A stretch of DNA of 64,000 nt, from the NCBI GenBank assembly GCA_963703315.1, contig OY969811.1, positions 4,000,001 through 4,064,000 of the forward strand, in the 5' to 3' direction. The notes under the pieces are model-generated. The model did no database searches. It had not been told where the DNA came from and saw only the letters and a program-made list of their open reading frames with translations. Source of the stretch: an uncultured cyanobacterium. Lineage in GTDB: Bacteria > Cyanobacteriota > Cyanobacteriia > Pseudanabaenales > Pseudanabaenaceae. Each line of letters begins with the position of its first letter. Positions within the stretch are counted from its first letter, which is position 1. The translations under genes were made by a program, and so were the position numbers. Below are positions 30,907-38,507 of this stretch, piece after piece.

Positions 30907-31329
30907 ATGACATCACCTCAAAGTGAAACTCCCTGCCAAGTCTTTGTCTATGGCACGCTCAAACCCAATGAAACCAATTATGACCAACATTGTGCTGGTA
31001 AAGTCATTGCTCAGCAACAGGCGATCGCCTATGGTGAATTATTTGCCCTGCCGATGGGTTATCCTGCAATGATTGTCGGTAATCATCAAGTTCATGGATA
31101 TCTGCTCTCATTTCCTGATGCAAGTATTTTAGAATCACTCGATGAGTTGGAAGATTATCAATGCGATCGCGATGCTGCTGAGAATTTATATAATCGCCAA
31201 CGGATAGAAGTTTTTGATTTGGAAAGAAATTCGCTGGGCATGGCATGGGCATATTTCATGACATGGGCGCAAGTGAGCAAGTTTCAAGGTATCGCTCAAA
31301 TTGATGGATGTTGGCATGGAGGTAATTGA
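30907..31329 (+). CDS. Gamma-glutamylcyclotransferase (AIG2-like) family protein
   Basis: VFVYGTLK..GYPA..V.G..LD.LE..Y.R..AWAY. Confidence 0.9.
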   Translation: MTSPQSETPCQVFVYGTLKPNETNYDQHCAGKVIAQQQAIAYGELFALPMGYPAMIVGNHQVHGYLLSFPDASILESLDELEDYQCDRDAAENLYNRQRIEVFDLERNSLGMAWAYFMTWAQVSKFQGIAQIDGCWHGGN

Positions 31330-31604
31330 TGAAGAGTTCGCCTGATGGAAGAGATTCGCTATTGGATGTAATTGTTATTGCGCGATCGGGGTATTCAGTA
31401 AGAATTTTTAATTCGTTCATAGTCAAGTAATGATAGTGGTCTGCTGTTATTTTAGCTTTTTTAGATCGTGGCGATCGCTAGTCACATCACTTTTTAGGCA
31501 AATAGGCGATCGCGCTTTGCTACTTATCAAATTGTGTTGTCTTTGCCGTTGGCGATGCTAAAGTATTATGAAAGCTTGTAGTAGTAATAGATGAGGAAGT
31601 AACT

Positions 31605-31889
31605 ATGACTCTTACTCTTGACCTTCCACCAAATTTAGAAATCTCGTTATTTCAAGCAGCTAATCAACAAAGTCTTACTGTTGAAGAGTTTGTGATTCAA
31701 ATGTTGACATCTGCTTTTACTGAGAAAGAGAGACAGAAGAAAGCTGTAAGTTTATTAGAGTCTTGGTTAAGTGATGCTGATATTGAAGAACAAAAAATAA
31801 CGGGTGCATACTTGATTGAGGCGTTGGATCAAGATAGGCTATCCGATCGCTTGTTATTTCCTGATGAAATGAAAGGTAAGTCTTGGTGA
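31605..31889 (+). CDS. Putative antitoxin
   Basis: MTLTLDLPPNLE..L...A..Q pattern; overlaps the PIN gene. Confidence 0.75.
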   Translation: MTLTLDLPPNLEISLFQAANQQSLTVEEFVIQMLTSAFTEKERQKKAVSLLESWLSDADIEEQKITGAYLIEALDQDRLSDRLLFPDEMKGKSW

Positions 31890-32332
31890 AAAAGTCTGTT
31901 TTTCTCGATTCTGGAGTCATCGGGCTGATTACCAATCCCAATCTGTCCGCAGAAGGTATAAATTGTGCTAAGTGGCTTCTATCGCATATCAATAAAGGGG
32001 TTCAAATTATTATTCCAGAAATTGTTGATTACGAAGTTAGGCGAGAGTTGTTGAGAGCAAATAAGGTTAAGGGGCTGGCAAGGTTAGATGAGTTGATTGA
32101 TTCTTTGGAATATTTGCCAATTAATACGGAAGCAATGCGTCAAGCGGCAGTTTTTTGGGCAGAAGCGCGTCAAAAGGGACAACCAACGGCTTCGGATAAG
32201 ACTATTGATGCGGATATGATTTTAGTTGCTCAAGTGTTTGTGATGGATGTTCAAAATAAGGTTATTGCGACAACTAATGTCGGTCACTTGTCTCGTTTTG
32301 TAGCTGCTGATATATGGCAAAACATCTTATAG
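31883..32332 (+). CDS. PIN-domain (VapC-like) toxin
   Basis: VFLDSG, PEIVDYEVRREL, DADMIL.AQ and IATTNVGHL motifs. Confidence 0.88.
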   Translation: MVKKSVFLDSGVIGLITNPNLSAEGINCAKWLLSHINKGVQIIIPEIVDYEVRRELLRANKVKGLARLDELIDSLEYLPINTEAMRQAAVFWAEARQKGQPTASDKTIDADMILVAQVFVMDVQNKVIATTNVGHLSRFVAADIWQNIL

Positions 32333-32595
32333 CTTTTTACTTCTTTCCATTTAACGAGTAAGGGAAGGGTTTGGGTCAAGATTGATGAGGGGATGATGGA
32401 TTTGCTATGGTGAAATGCTGAACATCGGATTTGTCTATCGGATTTGTCCATCGCATAGGAAGAATACTTAATGCGGGTATTTTTGATCGCGCTTTGCCAC
32501 TTATCAAATTGTTCTGTCAGTATGAAAAATTAAAGGTGGTAAATGATATAATTCGTGGCGATTAGCGAAAAAAATATAAACTCGTTGAAATCACT

Positions 32596-32973
32596 ATGGC
32601 TTCAGATTCCAGCATTAAATTTACGATCGCCTTTAACGATCCTGACCTTGACTCAGAGGAACTAGATGAACAGGCGCAACGCCTTGTGTCTGAGTTGAAG
32701 CAAATCGATGAAGTCGATGAGGTAAATCGTGTAATTGATCCAAATCCGCCAGAGGGTAATAAATCAATGGGTGGTTTTTTAGTGGGGTTGCTGATGGCTG
32801 AGGTGAGTGCGGCTAATGCGAAAAAGCTTTTGGGCTTTCTAGGCGATCGCCTTGGCGGTAAGGCGATCGAGTTTACGGTGGAGGGCAATGGTAAGAAGTT
32901 GTCGGTGAAGGCAAATAGCCGTGAAGAACTGGAATCTGCGATTAAGGCGGCTCAAGACTTTTTGGCGGCGTAG
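32596..32973 (+). CDS. EACC1-like effector-associated constant component
   Basis: D.EEL....QRL..EL..I..V...PPEG.K...LVG.L pattern, immediately upstream of a caspase-like gene. Confidence 0.65.
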   Translation: MASDSSIKFTIAFNDPDLDSEELDEQAQRLVSELKQIDEVDEVNRVIDPNPPEGNKSMGGFLVGLLMAEVSAANAKKLLGFLGDRLGGKAIEFTVEGNGKKLSVKANSREELESAIKAAQDFLAA

Positions 32974-32998
32974 GTAACTCTCATTTAGGTGAAAGGTC

Positions 32999-34942
32999 AT
33001 GGCTAAGGTTGCATTGTTGATTGGGGTTAGTGAGTATGAAGTGGGGTTAAATCCTTTACCTGCGGCGGTGAAGGATGTTGTGGCTTTGGAGCGCATCCTC
33101 AAGGACTCAGAGATGGGTGACTTTGATGAGGTGAAAATTTTAACTAACCCTGAGCCTCAAACAATGCAATATGAGGTTGAGACTTTATTTACAAGTTGTG
33201 GCAAGGACGATTTTGTATTGTTGTTCTTTTCGGGACATGGGATTAAGGATGAGTCGAATAATCTTTACTTTGCTACCCGTATTACTAAAAAATCGCCAAA
33301 GGGCAATCTGATCAAGTCAACTGCTGTACCTGCAAAGTTTATCCATGATGTGATGAATGGTAGCCGTGCTAAGCGACAAGCAATTATTTTGGACTGTTGT
33401 TTTAGTGGTGCTTTCGATCCATCTTTGCAGTCTAAGGATGATGGCTCGGTAAATTTACAAGATCAGTTAGGGGCTGAAGGTCGGGTGGTGTTGACTTCTT
33501 CTAGTTCTACGCAGTATTCCTTTGAACAGCAAGGTTCGGATCTATCGCTTTATACTCGTTACTTGATTGAGGGGATCGAGACAGGAGCAGGCGATCGCGA
33601 TGAAGATGGCAAAATCTCGGTGCGGGAGTTGCATGATTATGCAACAAGTAAGGTACAGGAAACTGCGCCTAATATGACCCCGAAGTTAATCACGCTCAAG
33701 GATTTGGGCTTTGATTTGGTGTTAGCGAAGGCAAAAGTCACCGATCCTAGTTTGAGATATCGCAGACAAGTTGCAAGATATAGCAGTCGGGGGAGCATTT
33801 CTTCAATTGGGCGGACGATTCTCGACCAACTTCAAACTCAGTTAGGCTTATCAGCACAGGTTACTAAAGAAATTGAAACTGAGGTTTTGCGTCCTTATCA
33901 AGAGCGTTTGGACAATATACAACGATATCAACAAGCCTTCGCAAATTCTGTGAAGCATGAATATCCATTGAGTCGTTACGTCCAGTCTGAGCTTGAGGAT
34001 TTGTTAGAAATATTGGGATTAAGACGTGAAGATGTAGACTCGATTGAACAAGAAATTATTGCTCAAACTGCTCAAAGATCGGAAGCTACACGCGAAGATT
34101 ATAAACAGAAGTTACAACGTTATGAAAAAGAACTTCGCCGTGCAGTTGAAGCTGAGTATCCTTTGAGTACTTATTCTCGTAACGGTTTAAATGATTTCCA
34201 AAAGTCTTTAGGATTAAAGTTTGAAGATATAGATCTCCTTGAGCGTCCTTTGCTTGATGCTAAAGAAACTGAGCGTCAGCAACAATTGGAAGCCGAACAA
34301 CAGAAGAAAAAGCTGGATCAAGAGAACCTAAATCTACAAAAAGAACTTGAGTATCAACGAAATTTAAATCGGAATTTAGAAACAGAACGTATGAGACAGG
34401 CTGAAATATCAGAACGACAAAACCAGTATGAAGATGATGAACAGATAGTTTCTAGAAATAGAAGCAGAGCAGAAATCCCATCTCACCAATTGCATAAATA
34501 TATATGGCAAAGATCGTTTGCATTTGTAGTAGATGCTTCGATTTCTATTGGGGCTGCTACAGCATTAGGACTAACTATTTTCAATTCAATAGAAAGTAAT
34601 AATGGTGGTTTTATTGGAAAAACTGGCGACTACATAACTAGTGTTAGAATTGTTTCGTGTATTCCTGCAATCTTTTTTATAATTCTTTACCATATATTAT
34701 TTGAGATTTCGCCTGCCAGAGCAACTATAGGTAAATTGATATTTGGCTTAAGAGTAACCGACCTTCATGGAAGGAGAATTGGCTTTTTTAGATCGTTACT
34801 TCGTTTTGCTGTCAAATCTGGATCAATTGCTGCTTGGGGGATAGGGATTATATATTTAGTAATAGCTCTAATTAGCTTAAAGAAAAAGCAAGCTATTCAT
34901 GATCTAATAATGGGTTCCGTAGTTGTGATAAAAGAGAAGTAG
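32999..34942 (+). CDS. Caspase-like peptidase C14 (EACC1-associated type) with helical repeats and a C-terminal RDD domain
   Basis: KVALLIGVSEY, FFSGHG (His) and ILDCCFSG (Cys); C-terminal WQRSFAFVVD..ATIGK.IFGLRV..R..K.QAIHDLI.GS.VV. Confidence 0.88.
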   Translation: MAKVALLIGVSEYEVGLNPLPAAVKDVVALERILKDSEMGDFDEVKILTNPEPQTMQYEVETLFTSCGKDDFVLLFFSGHGIKDESNNLYFATRITKKSPKGNLIKSTAVPAKFIHDVMNGSRAKRQAIILDCCFSGAFDPSLQSKDDGSVNLQDQLGAEGRVVLTSSSSTQYSFEQQGSDLSLYTRYLIEGIETGAGDRDEDGKISVRELHDYATSKVQETAPNMTPKLITLKDLGFDLVLAKAKVTDPSLRYRRQVARYSSRGSISSIGRTILDQLQTQLGLSAQVTKEIETEVLRPYQERLDNIQRYQQAFANSVKHEYPLSRYVQSELEDLLEILGLRREDVDSIEQEIIAQTAQRSEATREDYKQKLQRYEKELRRAVEAEYPLSTYSRNGLNDFQKSLGLKFEDIDLLERPLLDAKETERQQQLEAEQQKKKLDQENLNLQKELEYQRNLNRNLETERMRQAEISERQNQYEDDEQIVSRNRSRAEIPSHQLHKYIWQRSFAFVVDASISIGAATALGLTIFNSIESNNGGFIGKTGDYITSVRIVSCIPAIFFIILYHILFEISPARATIGKLIFGLRVTDLHGRRIGFFRSLLRFAVKSGSIAAWGIGIIYLVIALISLKKKQAIHDLIMGSVVVIKEK

Positions 34943-34978
34943 TTCTAAAATTTTGAAGGCTAAAAAGGAGTGATTTTT

Positions 34979-35122
34979 ATGACTATTCGCGAAAAACCCA
35001 TTGCTATATTACAGCGACTTTCTGAATCACTTCTACAAGAAATAACTGACTTCATTAATTTTTTCATCCACAAACATCAAACTCAAATAAAAGCCATGCG
35101 ATATAATGAAATTGTAGTTTAG
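34979..35122 (+). pseudogene. DUF2281-like antitoxin remnant
   Basis: RBS aaggag, then MTIREKPIAILQRLSESLLQEITDFINFF..*; 47 codons. Confidence 0.5.
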
Positions 35123-35191
35123 GTACTTAACTATGCAAGCAAACACAATTCAATCCGATGTCAAATCCGAACAAAGAATACTAGAAAAAAT

Positions 35192-36029
35192 GGTAATGTG
35201 TCACATTTGTTGGAGCGTTCAATGGGATTGAAACGAAAACTCATATCTGTTGATAAACAGACCAATGACAATATCATGCATCACAATCGATTTAGAAAAG
35301 CAAATCGTCTTTCTAGCTAAACGCTTAATCCTCGTTCTCAAAGTTAGATGCTTTCGTTCAATCTTCTGAGTATTTTTCTTGCCGATTAGGTGAGTGTGAG
35401 GATCAAGAATCCTTTCGTATGCACCCCATGCATCGGTGAAAAAATGCTTGATTCCAAACGGTTTTAGCAAATTCACGAGCTTAACCAAGGCTTCATCTTT
35501 ATGCGGAGCTAAAACATAAGCTAAGACCCTTCCAGTCACATGATCAATAGCGTGCCACAGCCATCTTTGCTGTTTCTTGCTGCCAACAAAACTCCACATC
35601 TCATCCATTTCTGCTTCTTCTACTTGATAAAGGTCAACATCAAGCGTTTCTATGTCAAGTTGCTCTAGCAGAGAATAGTTTACAGATTCGATGTCTTCCT
35701 CTTTTTTTTTAACTCTTTGATGACAGTATTCGGACTAATCTTTAATACTCGACTTGTATCTCTAATGCCACTGCCATTGACCGCCATTTCTGACACTTGC
35801 TCTTTTACTTCTGGACGATACCCTTGATAGGTGTAATCAAGAATAAACGTCTTTCGCATACATTCTATGTTTAAGCAAATGTATCGTTTTTTACCTGTGG
35901 CACTTTGTCCATGTCGGTGGATGTTTACACCTCCGCAGGTTGGACATTCGACTACTTCAAATACCATCTTTTTTTCCTACTTATTCTTACCCTTGTTACT
36001 ATACCTTCCAACAAGTCTGACACATTACC
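35192..36029 (-). mobile_element. IS1-family insertion sequence
   Basis: Terminal IRs GGTAATGTGTCA(C/G)A(T/C)TTGTTGGA; 8-bp direct repeat GAAAAAAT at 35184-35191 and 36030-36037. Confidence 0.93.
35219..35967 (-). CDS. IS1 transposase InsAB, expressed by -1 frameshift
   Basis: InsA (35680-35967: CPTC, RYIC...C, HTH) ends past an A9G run at 35701-35710. The -1 frame is open into InsB (EMDEMWSFVGSK, FTD.W..Y, TQKIERKH..LR). Confidence 0.9.
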
Positions 36030-36192
36030 GAAAAAATACGCAAGCTTCCATTCGATAAAATTGTTGAATTAGAAAACTTTATCGACTTCCTCTATCAACG
36101 CGCAAACCATTCTCAAGACCTAGTAACCGCATCCACTAAACTCTCAGAAGCTAGTTTTGCCAAAATATGGGACAACCCCGAAGATGCCGCCT

Positions 36193-36553
36193 ATGACAAC
36201 CTATAGTTTTGGTGATGTGCTTTTAGTCCCATTTCCATTTACCGACCAAACCACAACCAAAAAACGCCCAACAATCGTTATTAGCTCAAATACCTACAAC
36301 CGACAAAAGCCAGACATCCTTTTAATTGCAGTCACCAGCCAAATCAATACGCAATTAGAATTTGGTGAAATGCTCATAGATGAATGGGAAAAAGCAGGTT
36401 TGATAAAGCTTTCAGCAGTTAAGCCCATCATTACAACCCTTGAAAAACATCTTGTTAATTAAAAAACTTGGCAAATTAGAAACAAAAGATATTCAGTCAT
36501 TAAAGAACTTGCTGCAACAAATTATAGGTGCAAAAATTTCTAAACCTCTCTAA
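36193..36553 (+). pseudogene. PemK/MazF-family toxin with a frameshift near the 3' end
   Basis: MTTYSFGDVLLVPFPFTD...KKRP; stops at 36462, while the expected tail IKKLGKLETKDIQSLKNLLQQII continues in another frame. Confidence 0.8.
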
Positions 36554-36570
36554 AAATAAGGAAAATAACC

Positions 36571-36873
36571 ATGATGCAAACAACTTTTCAAAATATTGAA
36601 GAAAGCTTGAAGCAACTACCTCATTCTTTACAGATTAAAATATTTCATTATATTGAATTTCTCAAGAGCAATCATGCGAAGCAAAGTAATAGTAATGTTA
36701 CTCAATCTCTTGAACCAAATTATACAGAAGGTTCAGAAGTAAAACAACCTAAAAAACGTGATGGTTTTGGTGTCTGGCAGGGAAAGATTTCGATCTCAGA
36801 AGATTTTAATGCGCCAATGGGAGAATTTGAGGAGTATATGCGCCAATCCAAATATTGTGGAAGTGATATATGA
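36571..36873 (+). CDS. DUF2281-domain antitoxin fused to the remnant of a deleted partner
   Basis: LKQLP..LQ..IFHYIEFL..KR.GFGVWQGKISISEDFNAP..EFEEYM, followed by read-through. Confidence 0.8.
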   Translation: MMQTTFQNIEESLKQLPHSLQIKIFHYIEFLKSNHAKQSNSNVTQSLEPNYTEGSEVKQPKKRDGFGVWQGKISISEDFNAPMGEFEEYMRQSKYCGSDI

Positions 36874-36939
36874 ATAATTGAATCTGTGATGCATTATAAA
36901 TGCCTCAGATAAATTCTTTACCCATCACCAGAAACTTTT

Positions 36940-37335
36940 ATGCAACATGACATTCGTTGGAAACAACGCTTTTATAACTATCAAAAAGCACTCGTACAAC
37001 TTACCAAATTTATTGAAAAAGGTGAACTGAGCGAACTAGAAGAACAAGGAATAATTAAAACCTTCGAGTACACCTACGAACTCGCATGGAACGTGATTAA
37101 AGACTACTACGAAGAACAAGGAGACGTTAGCATTCAAGGCAGCCGCGATGCCTTACAGTTAGCCTTTCAACGTGGATTAATTGCTGATGGTGACAACTGG
37201 ATGAAGATGATCAAAAGTAGAATAGCCTCAGTACATACCTATAATCTCGAAGTAGCCCGACAAATCAATCAAGATATTCATGATGTCTACTTTCAGCTAT
37301 TTATCGAACTAAAAGAAAAAATGGAATCCCTATGA
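36940..37335 (+). CDS. HEPN protein (HI0074 / nucleotidyltransferase substrate-binding family)
   Basis: DIRWKQRF.NY.KAL..L, FEYTYELAW and Rx4H (RIASVHTY). Confidence 0.9.
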   Translation: MQHDIRWKQRFYNYQKALVQLTKFIEKGELSELEEQGIIKTFEYTYELAWNVIKDYYEEQGDVSIQGSRDALQLAFQRGLIADGDNWMKMIKSRIASVHTYNLEVARQINQDIHDVYFQLFIELKEKMESL

Positions 37336-37706
37336 ATCAGTTTGGACTAAAACCCGAAGTAATTACCCAGATTAATCAGATTTTTGCTGAATATCCTGAA
37401 ATCAGCAAAGCGATTCTCTATGGTTCTCGTGCTAAGGGAAATTATAAAAATGGTTCTGATATTGATTTAACCTTAATTAGCGATCGCCTCAACCATCGGC
37501 AACTACTGCAAATTCAAAATCAAATTGATGACTTACTTTTACCCTATTCCGTAGATTTATCAATCTTTAGTTCCATCGATAATTTACACCTGATCGAACA
37601 TATTGATAGAATAGGAGTCACTTTCTATGAGAGAACAATCTCAGAGTCAACTATATCTCCCAAGATTTCGCCACTTCCTTGCATGACACCAAAAGCAGGA
37701 CGTTAA
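37332..37706 (+). CDS. MNT nucleotidyltransferase antitoxin
   Basis: LYGSRAKGNYKNGSDIDL..LLLPYSVDL; ATGA overlap with the HEPN gene. Confidence 0.9.
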   Translation: MNQFGLKPEVITQINQIFAEYPEISKAILYGSRAKGNYKNGSDIDLTLISDRLNHRQLLQIQNQIDDLLLPYSVDLSIFSSIDNLHLIEHIDRIGVTFYERTISESTISPKISPLPCMTPKAGR

Positions 37707-37879
37707 TTGTGAATGGCACTGGAACTGGACAGTTAAAGCTTGATCGACGTATTTGCATCTTTTTTATCGTCATGAAATGGATGTTTCCGCGACTATCCCC
37801 GCTTAGTTGACCAATGCCAAATATCCTCTAGCCGTTTGCATTTGTTAAAATATAAAAAAATCTCCTATCCCCTAAAAAC

Positions 37880-38479
37880 ATGATTGCGGCTAGAGAAAAT
37901 TTTCCTCAACTCACTCCTCAAGAATACTTTGCTTGGGAAGAACAGCAACTACACAAGCACGAATATATCGAAGGTCAAGTCTATGCCATGAGTGGAGGCA
38001 GTGTTAATCATGGACGCATTGCCATCCGATTTACTTCTATGTTTGATTCTCACTTAGAGGGTAGTAGCTGCATCATCGGTAACTCTGATATTAAAGTTAA
38101 GGTTGTCACAACGGAAAACTACACTTACCCCGATGTCAGCGTCACCTGTGACGATCGCGATAAACTCACCACTCAATACATTACCTATCCATCCCTAATT
38201 GTTGAAGTTTTATCGCCCAGTACCGAAGCCTATGATCGCGGTGGTAAGTTTAGACTATACGCAAATAATCCCATATTACGGGACTATCTATTAGTTAGCT
38301 CTACCAGCATCGAAATAGACCTCTATCATAAAAAAGATAATGGTGAATGGATCATTATCAACTACAAAGAAGGCGACATGATTGAGCTAAAGAGCATCAA
38401 TCTCACCTTTGCGATCGCCCAAATTTATCAAGGACTCACACTTACTCCAGAAAATCCAAAAAATATAGATGTGGCGTAA
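37880..38479 (+). CDS. Uma2-family endonuclease
   Basis: KHEYIEGQVYAMSGGS..H, YPDVSVTC, IVEVLSPSTEAYDRG.KF. Confidence 0.92.
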   Translation: MIAARENFPQLTPQEYFAWEEQQLHKHEYIEGQVYAMSGGSVNHGRIAIRFTSMFDSHLEGSSCIIGNSDIKVKVVTTENYTYPDVSVTCDDRDKLTTQYITYPSLIVEVLSPSTEAYDRGGKFRLYANNPILRDYLLVSSTSIEIDLYHKKDNGEWIIINYKEGDMIELKSINLTFAIAQIYQGLTLTPENPKNIDVA

Positions 38480-38507
38480 GCTACGCCGCATCTATATTTT
38501 TTGGATT
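38453..38507. terminator. 26-bp-arm hairpin overlapping the ends of two convergent genes
   Basis: aatccaaaaaatatagatgtggcgta-agc-tacgccgcatctatattttttggatt (one mismatch). Confidence 0.7.

Larger units (their letters stand above)
35133..36206 (+). pseudogene. Antitoxin gene interrupted by IS1
   Basis: Removing the IS restores MQANTIQSDVKSEQRILEK|IRKLPFDKIVELENFIDFL...SEASFAKIWDNPEDAAYDNL*. Confidence 0.85.

Noticed and set aside
31329..31430. Minus-strand stub MNELKILTEYPDRA
   Set aside because: May be another TA remnant, but too short to assign.
32424..32450. Tandem atcggatttgtc duplication
   Set aside because: Only two 12-bp copies in degraded intergenic DNA; no further structure.
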